The notes: generated by a model not told the origin, from the sequence alone. DNA of 64,000 bases from Nitrospirota bacterium (GCA_029261155.1 JAJDBW010000024.1:3355-67354); one strand, 5' to 3'; shown: positions 27,010 through 37,410, numbered from the stretch's first letter. Made by a program: numbers and translations.

Positions 27010-28092
27010 CTAAGTGGACAGATCTCCACTAATTGAACCGCTTCTTTTCAACAACTCATCCAGCGTAATCGAACAACCCTTTAACTCCGCATCCGAAGCC
27101 CGCCCCAACAAAACAAAATGATCCCCGACCTGCCTCCCCAAATCCTCCGTTAAAATCGCGGCGGCCGTTTCGCAGTTCGCCAAGTCATAATGGGCGAGGA
27201 TGCCGAGTTCGCCTTCTTTCACCGGTTTTAAGGTTTCGGGATTAAGGAAGCGGGTGCGGATTTGCGGCGGGGCGACGTATTGGCGCGGGCTGGTTTCCCC
27301 GGCAACGCGGTCGTAGAATTGCGAGGTCATCTCGGCCATGCCGTATTCGTTCACGCAATAGGCATCGGGAATGCCAAGCCGGTCCGCAGCCTGCGCGTAA
27401 ACCCAGCCTTCCGGCACCTCGCGGGCCTTTCCTTTTAAGCCCCCCGTGTCCATCAAGCGGCTCTCTGCGGGGAGTTGAAGCGCTATCCCTTTTTCTTCGC
27501 AAGTGTCGAAAAAATGAACAAAGGAAAAAGTCGTGCCCAAGAGGGCAACCGGCTCGTCCGCTTCGGCCAAGTCCTTTGCCAAGCGCGCGCTTTCCAAGAC
27601 GCCATTTTTGATGTAGGTGTCGCTCTTTTCCGATCCAAAAATTTCCCGGACAATGGACATCATGTACGAGAGGGAGGCATGGGGCGCTTCTTCAGGCGAG
27701 GGGCAAAGGATCATCATGCGGATCTGGTCGCGGTCATGGATCATATGTCGTTTAAAATGCGTGAGAATCGCGCCGCGCGCCATCCAGTCGTCATATAAAA
27801 AGTGGCGGCTCTTTTCGCCTTGGGTGGTTCCGCTGGAATGAAAGGTCCGCACCGCTTCGGCAATCGGGCGGCAAGAAATCTCCGCCCACTTAAAAGCCGT
27901 CACCGGCAAGGCCGGAATCTGCTCCCAGCTTTGAACCGTGTCGGGGCTTTGCTTGTTGATTTCGCAAAAACGGCGGTAGGGCTCATTATGTTCGTATTGA
28001 TAGCGGAAGAGCTGAAGGGCTAAGGCATTGAACGTTTGCTCCGGGTTCTCTCCCAACCGCCCCGCAAGAAAATGAAAAATGTCGTCTTTCAT
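27010..28092 (-). CDS. LuxE-family acyl-protein synthetase / acyl-AMP ligase
   Basis: Motifs IPALPV-AFK, F-SSGTT, MDTGG-KG, EYGMAEM-SQFY, TEDLG, GR-GCS. Confidence 0.88.
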   Translation of the reverse strand: MKDDIFHFLAGRLGENPEQTFNALALQLFRYQYEHNEPYRRFCEINKQSPDTVQSWEQIPALPVTAFKWAEISCRPIAEAVRTFHSSGTTQGEKSRHFLYDDWMARGAILTHFKRHMIHDRDQIRMMILCPSPEEAPHASLSYMMSIVREIFGSEKSDTYIKNGVLESARLAKDLAEADEPVALLGTTFSFVHFFDTCEEKGIALQLPAESRLMDTGGLKGKAREVPEGWVYAQAADRLGIPDAYCVNEYGMAEMTSQFYDRVAGETSPRQYVAPPQIRTRFLNPETLKPVKEGELGILAHYDLANCETAAAILTEDLGRQVGDHFVLLGRASDAELKGCSITLDELLKRSGSISGDLST

Positions 28093-28177
28093 TGTTTTAT
28101 GAGATAGCGCATGACAGACCTACAAGTCAATCGAGCAAAGGCCTGCCCGCTAATAATTTCCATCTCTTTCTTTGTTA

Positions 28178-28273
28178 TCCCCCACTTAGAAAAAGGGGGG
28201 CAAGGGGGGATTTAAACGGGTTTGGATTGGGGAAGGCATAAATCCCCCTCAATCCCCCTTTGTTAAAGGGGGA
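28178..28273. repeat. Inverted pair of REP-like C/G-run repeats (REPIN-like)
   Basis: TCCCCCACTTAGAAAAAGGGGGGCAAGGGGGGATTT (28178-28213) is inverted relative to AAATCCCCCTCAATCCCCCTTTGTTAAAGGGGGA (28240-28273). Confidence 0.75.
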
Positions 28274-31200
28274 GGTGTTATGACGCTAACACTTTCCCCC
28301 AGCCTTAAAAAAATCAACTCCATGGCGGCCACATCTCTTTTCAGCGCCCGCCGGAGGGCCTCGGGATAGACTATACATTGGTGACGATATTTTTCGGCGG
28401 CCTGGGCCAGATCCGCATGGCTCACTCGGTCCGTCTTGTAGTCGCCGACATAGAGTGCACCCTCGCTTTCGTAGGCGATGTCGATAACGCCCTCCATCAC
28501 CTGCCCTTCCCAGGGCATGACAAAAGGAATCTCCCGTCCAAGGATCTTGGCCCCAGAGAGCCTGCGATAAACCGGGGACTTCAAAAAAGTGTCGAAAATT
28601 GCGCCCAGCTCCGAGGCCATTTCCTCTCCTGAAAAACCTTCCATCGGCGGGACCTGTGCCTTTACAAAACCGGTAAGTATTTCGCCCAGGCCTTCGACCG
28701 GTTTCGAAAAATCCCAGCCTTCAAGAAAAAGATGGGCAAGCCGCCCGATCCACTTCCCTCGCTCGGCGGCCTCTCCGCCAAGCCCGCTCGACGGCGCGGG
28801 AGCCGCGGCCTTCATCTCTTTCAAAAGCGCCGGCGCATCCATTCTTTTCAAAACACTGGGGTTGATAAACAAGCGGCGGCCTTCAATGGCCTCGCAACTT
28901 TTTTTCCGAAGCGCCCATTGCGCCGCCCAATCCCCCCAATCCACCTTGGGCGTATTTTTCTTCTCCGCCGCTTTGCGATGCAGATGATTCATGTCGATGC
29001 TCAGGTTTTGTATTTCAATGGTGCCTTTGCCCACAGTGAGACTCTCTGCCGCCGCGTCGGAAAAAGAGTGCCCCGTCCCTTCCGCCAAAAGAGAGAAAAA
29101 GCTTCCCCGCCGAAATCGCCCCGCCCCAAAAAAACTCAGATGTTCGCGTGCCCGCGTCATGGCGACATAGAGCACGCGCTTTTCTTCTTCTATTTCGCGA
29201 AGCCGCTCTTTTTCGGCCAAATAAACCGAGGCCAAATCCGAGACTTCCCCCACCCGCAGGCCGCTTAAGCCGCTGAACCAATCGTGCCGCGCCAAAACGC
29301 GGCCTTGCGGCGGATGATCGCTTCCGGCATGGCTGCCCGCCAAAACCACGACGGGAAATTCGAGGCCCTTCGCCTTGTGAATGCTAAAGACCTTCACCGC
29401 ATCCACGCCCGCTTCCGCCAAGGGCGACTCCGCCGCCTCGCGCCCCTCGGAAACCGCCTGGGCCAAGGCAGCCGCCACTTCGCGAAAGGTCCCCGTGGCC
29501 TCCAGGCCTAACAATTCAGCATCGCGCCGGATTTTTTCGAGATTGGCCAGGGCCTGTTCCCGATGCGTCGCACTGGCGGCAAGCAAGGCGATGCCCGTTT
29601 CGTCGAAGATGCGGGTCACCGCTGCGCCCACCGGAAGGCGGAAGGCCAAAGCGTGCAGGCGATCAAGCATGCCGTAAAGTGCGCGAAGCGTCGGGGCCAG
29701 TTCGGCATCGTCCTTCGCCTTTCGATAATGCAAGCGGCCTTCCCGATGCAAACGCAGAATGTCGGTATCGGGCAAGCCCCCCACCGGGGAACGCAAGACC
29801 CCGACCAAGGCCATCCGATCGTTCGGGTCGGCGACCGCGCAGAGCAGGTTGACGGCGTCGCGGACCTCCTGGCTGCGGTAAAAGCGCCGCTCGCCCTCCA
29901 CCACGTAACGGATGCCCCAGCGCCGAAGCGGTTCGAGATAAAAATGCACGCCGGTTAAGCGCCGCATCAAAATGGCGACATCGCCCCGCCGCACCCTTCG
30001 GGCTGCGCCGTCCCGATCATGGATGATGGCCTTGCCGATGACGGTTTCACTCAACCAACGGGCCAGGGCCTCGCCTTCGGCGCGTCGGGCTTCTTCGGCC
30101 TTCATGGGCTCCGCGCCGCTTCCGGTCCGCCTATCCTCACCTAGGGTATCGACGAAGCGGCAAACCACGGCCCGGAAAAGATTGGGTCCGGCTTCGGCTT
30201 CAAGGGTCTCCACTTTTGCGGCCGAGTGGATGCCGATATAGTCCGGCTGAAGTCCGTCTTTCGGCAGCATCAATTTTCGAAAGATGCCGTTCACCGGTTC
30301 GAGGAGGGCGGTGTGGCTTCTAAAATTCGTCGTCAAGCGGCACTCGATGCCGCCCTGATCGAGGATCGTCTGACGGATGGCTTGCGTGGCGGCGATGTCC
30401 GCGCGGCGGAAGCCATAGATGGATTGCTTCGGATCGCCCACGACAAAAAGTTTGCCTGGCGCGAGCCGCACCTCCCGCCAGTTTTTTGCAGACCTGTCGG
30501 GTCGCTCGGCGGGCCCTTCGGACAGATAGAGGAGGATCTCGTATTGCACCGGATCGGTGTCTTGAAACTCGTCGATCAAGATCGCCCGGTAGCGGGCCTT
30601 CAAGGCCTCGCGGACGCCAGGGCAATCGCGCAAGAGGTTCCGTGCCCGGACGAGCAGGCCGTCGAAAGACACCCAAGCCTGTTTCGTTTGAATCTTCCGC
30701 AGCCGCCGCACAAAGGGGCCAAGGAGCGCCAGCAGGTTTTCGAGCGCCGCAGCGTCGATGCGGAGCAGGCCCTGGGCGATGCGGATCAAGCCCTTCGCCG
30801 CTTCAATGTCTTCGTCCGTCCAGCCCTTGACCTTGGCCGCCTGCTTTCCCGAGGCGAGCAGGGCGTATCCTGCCGCGTCTTCGCCCGAAGCCGCGTCCCC
30901 CACCTCGCCTGAAGCGAGCACGGATTCAAAGACCGCCTTCGCGGCCGCGATCATCTTTTCGACATTGCGCGACCTGGTACTCGCTCCATTTCCTAGCGTA
31001 TCGGGATGCCCTTCCAAAAGCAGGTCGGTCGCGGCGATCAGCCCCCGCAGCCATTGCGCCACCGTCTTCGGCGGTCGCGCTTCATCGATTTGCTTTTTTA
31101 AATCGTCGATGTCCACTGTCTCCGAGGCCAGAGCTCCCGCCGTCTCCCTGAGCTCGCCCAGCGAAAATTGCCGGAGGGCCGCCTGCCAGCGCGTCTTGTT

Positions 31201-31731
31201 GGGACTCTGCGCCGAAAGTTCCCCCTCGAGCCAAGCCGACCAGCACTCGTCGAAGAGATGTTCTGCGGCCTGCGCTCCCGTATCGACGCGAAACTGCGGG
31301 TCCACCCCGGCCTCGATGGGATAGCGCCGCAAGAGGCTGGTCGCGAAATGATGGAGGGTGCCGATCTCGGCGCGTTCCAATTGTCGGAGTGCGGCCTCCG
31401 CGCGCACATCAATGTCCCGCCGCGACAGGGTGTAGCGATCCATGAGCACCGCCGCCTTCTCCGGCAGGTCCTCCGCGTGCCGCAGAGCCTCTAAAGCCTC
31501 GCCAAGCCGGAGCTTCATTTCATTGGCGGCCTTGTTGGTAAAGGTGAGGGCGACGATCTCGGTAATCGCAAGCGGTTCCGGTTCGCGCATCAAGAGGTGA
31601 ATCAATCGATCGACGAGCAAGGTCGTTTTGCCCGTGCCCGCCCCGGCGGTGACGATCACATTCCGGTCAAAGGTGCACACGGCGCATTCTCGCTCGCTTT
31701 GATCCTCCGGCGGCTTGAAGGCGGCACTCAC
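28249..31731 (-). CDS. addA: AddA-like UvrD helicase/nuclease
   Basis: Motifs AGAGTGKT, LTFTNKAA, DEFQDTD, VGDPKQSIYGFR, HKAKGLEF, LYVAMTRA, and a C-terminal G-ID...DYKTD nuclease. GTG at 31731 overlaps the addB stop (GTGA). Confidence 0.88.
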   Translation of the reverse strand: MSAAFKPPEDQSERECAVCTFDRNVIVTAGAGTGKTTLLVDRLIHLLMREPEPLAITEIVALTFTNKAANEMKLRLGEALEALRHAEDLPEKAAVLMDRYTLSRRDIDVRAEAALRQLERAEIGTLHHFATSLLRRYPIEAGVDPQFRVDTGAQAAEHLFDECWSAWLEGELSAQSPNKTRWQAALRQFSLGELRETAGALASETVDIDDLKKQIDEARPPKTVAQWLRGLIAATDLLLEGHPDTLGNGASTRSRNVEKMIAAAKAVFESVLASGEVGDAASGEDAAGYALLASGKQAAKVKGWTDEDIEAAKGLIRIAQGLLRIDAAALENLLALLGPFVRRLRKIQTKQAWVSFDGLLVRARNLLRDCPGVREALKARYRAILIDEFQDTDPVQYEILLYLSEGPAERPDRSAKNWREVRLAPGKLFVVGDPKQSIYGFRRADIAATQAIRQTILDQGGIECRLTTNFRSHTALLEPVNGIFRKLMLPKDGLQPDYIGIHSAAKVETLEAEAGPNLFRAVVCRFVDTLGEDRRTGSGAEPMKAEEARRAEGEALARWLSETVIGKAIIHDRDGAARRVRRGDVAILMRRLTGVHFYLEPLRRWGIRYVVEGERRFYRSQEVRDAVNLLCAVADPNDRMALVGVLRSPVGGLPDTDILRLHREGRLHYRKAKDDAELAPTLRALYGMLDRLHALAFRLPVGAAVTRIFDETGIALLAASATHREQALANLEKIRRDAELLGLEATGTFREVAAALAQAVSEGREAAESPLAEAGVDAVKVFSIHKAKGLEFPVVVLAGSHAGSDHPPQGRVLARHDWFSGLSGLRVGEVSDLASVYLAEKERLREIEEEKRVLYVAMTRAREHLSFFGAGRFRRGSFFSLLAEGTGHSFSDAAAESLTVGKGTIEIQNLSIDMNHLHRKAAEKKNTPKVDWGDWAAQWALRKKSCEAIEGRRLFINPSVLKRMDAPALLKEMKAAAPAPSSGLGGEAAERGKWIGRLAHLFLEGWDFSKPVEGLGEILTGFVKAQVPPMEGFSGEEMASELGAIFDTFLKSPVYRRLSGAKILGREIPFVMPWEGQVMEGVIDIAYESEGALYVGDYKTDRVSHADLAQAAEKYRHQCIVYPEALRRALKRDVAAMELIFLRLGESVSVITPPPLTKGD

Positions 31732-34700
31732 GAACCCGGCTCCTTTTTTTTCGAAGGCACATCGCTTTGACGCAGCAGCCGATGACGCGCCCAGAGGGGA
31801 TCGCGCTCCAAGCGCCGACGCGAAGGCAGGTGCTCTTTGCGGCAAAGGGCCGCAATCGGACAATATCGGCAGTGCGCACCCGGATCGATAAAAAAGTGTC
31901 CCGACGCCATGCCGGAAAGGAGTCCCCCAATCGTCGCCTTCAAGCGCGCGCCGGTCTCGCCGGCCCAGGCGTCCTGCGGAAATTCGCGCGGCACGAGCGG
32001 TCCTTCGGGCCAATTCGGCGCAAGAAAATAAAAGGCCGATTGGAGCGGGGCGTTTTCTTCGCCGTAGGGCGCGGCGAGTTTTTGATACAAGGGCGGCTGC
32101 AAGCGTTCGCCGCGAAGCGCGGCGCGCAGGAGGTTTTTTTCGACCGATCCGGCCTGCCTGCGAAAGGTGATCTTGTAATCGATGGCCCGGACGGTCTTCG
32201 TCTCCGGATGTACATCGAGGCGGTCTATGCGTCCCGAAAACTCGGGCCAGTCCGCTTCGATCTTTCCACGGCATTTCAGTTCGAAGGCGGTGGGACGAAA
32301 ACCGGAGGCCGAGAGTTGTTTTAAATCGATGGCGATGGCCTCTGATAAGAAGGCCGCGATCTGCATCTTTATCTCCTCCCAAAACAGCGGATAGGCCACG
32401 GGATGCTCCGATTCGAAGCGGACAAAGGCCTCGGCACAAATCCGATTAAAATCCCGCATCGGATCGTCGGCGGCATCGCCCTCGAAATAGTCTGCCCGGA
32501 ACAAGCCCGCATAGAAACGATGCAAGATCTCATGGCAAAGCGTTCCAATCTCCGAGGCCGGCAATTCGAGACGGTCTTCCGGCCGTTCGACCGGGGCCAG
32601 CTTCAGAAGATCGGCGGCAAAATATTGAAAGGGGCAAAGCGCATAACGTTCGAGCCCGGTCGGGCTCAAAACGCCATGCCTATCGAAGGCGGCAGTGCTT
32701 GGATCGATGAGGCCGTCATGGGCCGTCAGCGCGCCGCCGGATTCCAGCCGCCGCAAGGCCGCACGGCCCTGCCGGTACAAGGCGGCAGAAAGCGGGAGCG
32801 TGTCTAAAACCGGGGCCGGATCGAGGCCGAGAAAAGCGGCCCGCAAGGCCGCCTCTTCGGGTGGAAGCAGGGCGAAATCTTTAAAGGGCGCACGGGCGTA
32901 GCGCTCGCGAAGGCCACGCGGCATCACGTGCGTGAGGGACCCGCTTTGCCCAGGGGCAAGGCATTGCGCAATCCGCCGCAAGGCCCAGGAGGGGCTGGCG
33001 GCGCTGCCTTCGGCATCGACCCGATGTGAGAAAACACGGAGGCGGTGTTGCGTGCTGTCGACCAATAAGGTCAAGAGCAGGCGTTCTTCGTCGTAGGCGG
33101 CCAGGTTTTCCCCGACCTTGTAGCCCAGCACGGTTTCGAGGACGCGGCGATGGCCGTCCGGCAAAAAGGGATCTTCGCGGATACTCCGGGGAAAGCGGCC
33201 CTCGTTCATGCCCAGGATGAAGAGATGGGAAAAGGCCAGGCCGCGTGCCGCCATTGCACCCATGACTGATACGCCCGCGTTCGCGGGACCGGCCGCAGGG
33301 ATCGTCTCCCGCGCCATCCAGCGGCTGAAGGTCTCGACGAAGGTTTCAAGCGGAATGCGCGGGGCAATTCGATCGAGGCCGGAGATCGCTTCGAAGAGCC
33401 CGGCCAGCGCGCCCTGCACCCGCGCGTCTTGCGTCAGCGTTTCTTCGTGTATCCTTTCTTCCTGCTCTTCTTCGGTCGCCGCCGGACCGAGCGCATCCCT
33501 TTCGATTGCATCCAGGGTGTGTCCCTCGGGCGGCGAAAAACCCAGAGTGTGCTGCAGCAAGGCTTGGAAACGCGCGGCGTAGTCCGACCAGGCTGCCTTC
33601 GGCGGCAGGGCCTCGAGCTCGGCGGCGAGGGTCGACACACAGTCGAAAAGCAGGGCCGCTTGGGTCGAGGACGCGTCCCGCGGGTGCCCTAAGGCCTCCC
33701 ATGCGGAAAGCCCCTTGCTCACACCCGCTTGGCGCGACAAGGTCTCCCACTCGTCCTTTACAACTTCAGCCCCCTGCACGCAAAAGCGCTCGGCCTGGAA
33801 GTCGGGCGAGGCGAGGAGATCGATCATGGGTCCACGGGCATAGTCCTTAAGCCTGAGGTTCAGTAAAAGGAGGACGCTTTTTGCAAAGGGATATTGGATC
33901 AAAGCCTCCTCCCCCTGCGTGGTTATCGGAAGGGCATGGCTTTTAAAGAGGGCCTTGATGTCGGGCAGGTAGGTTTCGATCTCGCGGGCCACGAGGCCGA
34001 TGTCCTGAAAGGCCAGGCCTTCGTCCTTCACCAAGCGCAGGATTTCTTTTGCCGCCGTCGAGACCTCATCCCGCGCATCGTAGCAATCAAAAATTTCGAG
34101 AGCCGGTCCAAGATGGGGGTCTTCCGCCTCGCCGTCGTCGAATAGATTGTGGCCGCGCGGGCCTTTAGTGCAGAGATCGACCACTTGGGACGCATGGCCC
34201 ACCAGGCCCTCAACGTGCCGTTCGTAGAAGCGCCTCGCGTAGTCCCAACCGGAATTCTTAGGCGCGAGAGGAAAAAACAGGGTGGCGTCGTGGTGCCGCG
34301 CAACGGACTGAAAGAGATCTACTTGCACTTGCGTGAGATCGTAGAAACCGTAATAGAATATCCGACCGAAGGTTTTGAGAAAAATCGATTCCGGTACCAG
34401 CGGCGTGGCGATGGCGGCCAAATCGCCATAAGACAGCTGACTTTTTGCCCGGTCCTCGGTTTCGATACGGCGATGGAGTTCGAAAAGCGGACGCAAGTTT
34501 TGGGCGGCACCTTTGCCAAACTGCCCTTCGCTCAGCGCAGCAAGGGCCAGATCCGGATCGACCAGACCGTCTTTTAAATCGCGCAGACTACGCCACAAAG
34601 CGGCAACCCCGCCTTCCGTTTTTTCCACTTGGGACAAAAAGGCATCGGCAGACGCATTTTGCCGAAGGACGAGACGCAGACGCTCCTGAAAAAAAAGCCC

Positions 34701-34958
34701 GCTTTCCGTAGAAAAATCATCTGCTGGATGGCCTTCCACACAAAGGCGTTTGGAGAGCTGATGAAAGGTGAGTATGGAGATCGCAAGCAGGCTGAAGCCC
34801 TGCTCAAGGGCCAAGAGAACCTGAAGACGCCTTCGGATTTGCTCGGAAGGCACCAAGAGGAGAAGCGGATACAGGGGATCTGCGGCCTTGAGTCGCTGGA
34901 CCTCCGCGACCAAGGCCTCTTCGAGATGCGGATGAAAGGGACCGAGAAAAATCTGCAC
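31728..34958 (-). CDS. addB: AddB-like inactive helicase with PD-(D/E)XK nuclease and Fe-S staple
   Basis: Motifs ARGL-F-GMNEG, LSPT-LE-Y-CPF, GRIDRLD-IDYK, terminal C-x2-C-x5-C. Confidence 0.85.
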   Translation of the reverse strand: MQIFLGPFHPHLEEALVAEVQRLKAADPLYPLLLLVPSEQIRRRLQVLLALEQGFSLLAISILTFHQLSKRLCVEGHPADDFSTESGLFFQERLRLVLRQNASADAFLSQVEKTEGGVAALWRSLRDLKDGLVDPDLALAALSEGQFGKGAAQNLRPLFELHRRIETEDRAKSQLSYGDLAAIATPLVPESIFLKTFGRIFYYGFYDLTQVQVDLFQSVARHHDATLFFPLAPKNSGWDYARRFYERHVEGLVGHASQVVDLCTKGPRGHNLFDDGEAEDPHLGPALEIFDCYDARDEVSTAAKEILRLVKDEGLAFQDIGLVAREIETYLPDIKALFKSHALPITTQGEEALIQYPFAKSVLLLLNLRLKDYARGPMIDLLASPDFQAERFCVQGAEVVKDEWETLSRQAGVSKGLSAWEALGHPRDASSTQAALLFDCVSTLAAELEALPPKAAWSDYAARFQALLQHTLGFSPPEGHTLDAIERDALGPAATEEEQEERIHEETLTQDARVQGALAGLFEAISGLDRIAPRIPLETFVETFSRWMARETIPAAGPANAGVSVMGAMAARGLAFSHLFILGMNEGRFPRSIREDPFLPDGHRRVLETVLGYKVGENLAAYDEERLLLTLLVDSTQHRLRVFSHRVDAEGSAASPSWALRRIAQCLAPGQSGSLTHVMPRGLRERYARAPFKDFALLPPEEAALRAAFLGLDPAPVLDTLPLSAALYRQGRAALRRLESGGALTAHDGLIDPSTAAFDRHGVLSPTGLERYALCPFQYFAADLLKLAPVERPEDRLELPASEIGTLCHEILHRFYAGLFRADYFEGDAADDPMRDFNRICAEAFVRFESEHPVAYPLFWEEIKMQIAAFLSEAIAIDLKQLSASGFRPTAFELKCRGKIEADWPEFSGRIDRLDVHPETKTVRAIDYKITFRRQAGSVEKNLLRAALRGERLQPPLYQKLAAPYGEENAPLQSAFYFLAPNWPEGPLVPREFPQDAWAGETGARLKATIGGLLSGMASGHFFIDPGAHCRYCPIAALCRKEHLPSRRRLERDPLWARHRLLRQSDVPSKKKEPGS

Positions 34959-34959
34959 G

Positions 34960-35583
34960 TTATATTGGCGGAAAAAGGCTTCGACCGAAGCGATTCAAGG
35001 CATTTACAAATCGATCCAAAACAGGACCTCTCTTTTTGCTAGGCCAGGATTGAATTGGGATCGATTCAATCACGTCCAAATTCACGACCCCATTGTTCTT
35101 CCAGGCCCCACCTTCCAAAATCATTTGATATTGGGTCCTTAGGGTCGAGTGATCCATCCCCGTAATACGCACTTTGGCGAGGGCTTGATTTAAATCCTCC
35201 GACAAAAGGATTTCGCCAAAGTCCACTTTGCGCGATTTGTCGATTTGTGGATAGCCGCTTCGAACCATGGTTTCGAATTCAACAAGAGAAAAAACAGATT
35301 GGATCGCTTTCGAGGCGTATCGGTAAGCCGCTTTGTAGTCGTTATTATTGAAGGCCATTAACTGTTGCTTGATGGCCTTTTGAATGCCTTCGATCTGTGT
35401 TTCGCCGCTTTGCGCGGAAACGGTCGAAAAAGTGAGGAGCAAAACCGCAAGGCAGAAACAGGCGATTCGAGGCGACCTTTGCCCTGTCAATCCAGACCCT
35501 CCGCCACGGGGTATCCAGCCCAATCTCTTTTTAACAAAAAACGTCGTAAGATAAAACCCTTCTGCTATGGATGCGTTCTTCAT
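34960..35583 (-). CDS. DUF4864-like exported protein
   Basis: Motif I-QQL-AF-DY-AY-YAS-IQ-F-F-MVR-GYP. Signal-like hydrophobic segment; start uncertain. Confidence 0.7.
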   Translation of the reverse strand: MKNASIAEGFYLTTFFVKKRLGWIPRGGGSGLTGQRSPRIACFCLAVLLLTFSTVSAQSGETQIEGIQKAIKQQLMAFNNNDYKAAYRYASKAIQSVFSLVEFETMVRSGYPQIDKSRKVDFGEILLSEDLNQALAKVRITGMDHSTLRTQYQMILEGGAWKNNGVVNLDVIESIPIQSWPSKKRGPVLDRFVNALNRFGRSLFPPI

Positions 35584-35595
35584 AGATCGAAGCCT

Positions 35596-36036
35596 CTAAT
35601 CCACGTCCTCTGTATCGCCCACTTGCCCTATGTGGTGTTCCCCGAAAATAGCAGATTCTCGCCGATAGTGTTTGAATTCCAGGAGGTTTCCCGAAGGGTC
35701 TTGAAGGAAAAAGGTGAGGTGTTCGAGTGGGCTGCCCGGAAATCGGGACCGAGGTTGTTGATAAAAATTAAGGCGGCGCGCCTTGGCACGATCGGCCAAG
35801 GCCTGCCAATCGGCTTCCGATCGAAACAATAAACCGAAGTGCCGGGGATAGACCCCTTTTTGAGAAGACGCGGAATCCGCGTCGAGATGCGCAATGATTT
35901 GATGCCCCCCCAAAGATAAGGTGAGCGCTTTTGAAGAGGTCCGCCCCAGCTGGCATCCAAGGCCCTCCACATAAAAGGTATGGGCGGCCTCCAAATCTTT
36001 AACCGGAAAGGCGAGGTGAAATAAGATGTCGTCCAT
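35596..36036 (-). CDS. VOC/glyoxalase family protein
   Basis: Motifs FHLAFPV-DL, PRHFG, DPSGNLLEFK. Confidence 0.88.
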   Translation of the reverse strand: MDDILFHLAFPVKDLEAAHTFYVEGLGCQLGRTSSKALTLSLGGHQIIAHLDADSASSQKGVYPRHFGLLFRSEADWQALADRAKARRLNFYQQPRSRFPGSPLEHLTFFLQDPSGNLLEFKHYRRESAIFGEHHIGQVGDTEDVD

Positions 36037-36123
36037 TACAATCTCCCAGTCATAGGCCCCTATTCTAACACCAGTATTTTCCGAAATAAAACAGATTCGA
36101 ACCCTCGTTTAAGGACACAGCGA

Positions 36124-37218
36124 TTAGGCCAAATACTGAAGCGCCCCCTTCCGCTTTCCCTGTATGCCTTTATGAATCACCAGGGTAAGGCCTTGTGCGA
36201 CGCCGGAACGATAGGCACTATGACTACTTTTGGAATATCTTGAAGCCGTATGCACCCGTTTTGGATTTCTTTTCCGAAAAAAAGCCTGCAACGCAGGATC
36301 GCCCTTCCAAACCAAATTCTTGCTTTGATTCTCGACCCATCGACGATCCAATTGGACATGGAAACCGTTTAAAAGACCGTAGATAAAACTTCTCCGATGG
36401 CGATTTCCCTGGATCGCCTCCTGACGTTTATAGTTTTGCCACAAGCCCTCAGAAATATGGCGCAGCGTGTCGTGGATATATTCGGCGATCTCGACGTTTT
36501 CAGCTGTGCCGTAGAGCTCCAAAACCCGCCCGCGCTTATCTCGCTTCGCATCGTAACCGAATGTCCAGATTGTCTCCACGAAAAAAAATTTAGATAGGAT
36601 CGCGCTCAAAATTGACTTGGCCGGGCTCCTCCTTCCAACTTCACCAATTTGCTTGTGGATATAGTGACTTCTGTTTTTAAGATCCAACACGCTCAAGTTG
36701 TGCTTCAGGAGCAAGGTGTGCGCCTTACTCATGGCGCTTTCGGCTTCATGTATGTTGGCACTTTCGGCCAAGGCCAAGAGCTTATTCACTTTGTCCATCA
36801 TCTTATGATCTTGCGATTGCACAAGGCCTTTATTTCTTCGACCTGTTATCCATTCCATCACCTCACCTCTTGCGCCGGAATCAATCTCATGTTCGAAACA
36901 CAGTTGTTTAAATGCCGGCCCGTGAGGTGCTTCGTCCAAGATCCCAAGGACTTCCTCTACATACTGGTGTGCCATTTCATGATAGAGTACCTCTTGTACA
37001 TATTCCCAAGGGGCGCTTTGAATCAGTGGGATACTCATTGAAATACATCGAAGCCTGCCGCCTTGCCAGTGACCCAAGACACCTTCGGAGGCCGAAAGCG
37101 TCAGCTGCGGAAAGCGCATTTTGTTTTTAAAAAAATTATAATTGGCCGTGTGCCAATCTTCCCGTAACTGGCGGATCCAGGCGTTTTTTATTTTGTCATC
37201 GAACACGTTTAGGATCAT
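36124..37218 (-). CDS. SprT-like zinc-metalloprotease domain plus DUF2786 protein
   Basis: Motifs VLYHEMAHQ, PHGPAF, KVNKLLALAES-N-HEA-A. Confidence 0.82.
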   Translation of the reverse strand: MILNVFDDKIKNAWIRQLREDWHTANYNFFKNKMRFPQLTLSASEGVLGHWQGGRLRCISMSIPLIQSAPWEYVQEVLYHEMAHQYVEEVLGILDEAPHGPAFKQLCFEHEIDSGARGEVMEWITGRRNKGLVQSQDHKMMDKVNKLLALAESANIHEAESAMSKAHTLLLKHNLSVLDLKNRSHYIHKQIGEVGRRSPAKSILSAILSKFFFVETIWTFGYDAKRDKRGRVLELYGTAENVEIAEYIHDTLRHISEGLWQNYKRQEAIQGNRHRRSFIYGLLNGFHVQLDRRWVENQSKNLVWKGDPALQAFFRKRNPKRVHTASRYSKSSHSAYRSGVAQGLTLVIHKGIQGKRKGALQYLA

Positions 37219-37410
37219 TCTATGCCTTAAAAGAACTGAGCTGTATTACCTTATCAGGATGGCAATCCGACCGCAATCCAGATCAGACCATCTATAAACG
37301 CAGGCCAATCAGCCATCCTCTTTTTATAGACTCTTTTTCCTGAAAGGGCTATATTGAATGCGCGCGGGCACATCGACAAAGGATTCTTTTCCACTATTAA
37401 AGGAGAAAAA

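Noticed and set aside
31732-32439. 236-aa N-terminal extension of AddA in the ORF track
   Set aside because: It overlaps addB in another frame and is Arg/Ala-rich noise. GTG at 31731 gives a normal GTGA coupling.
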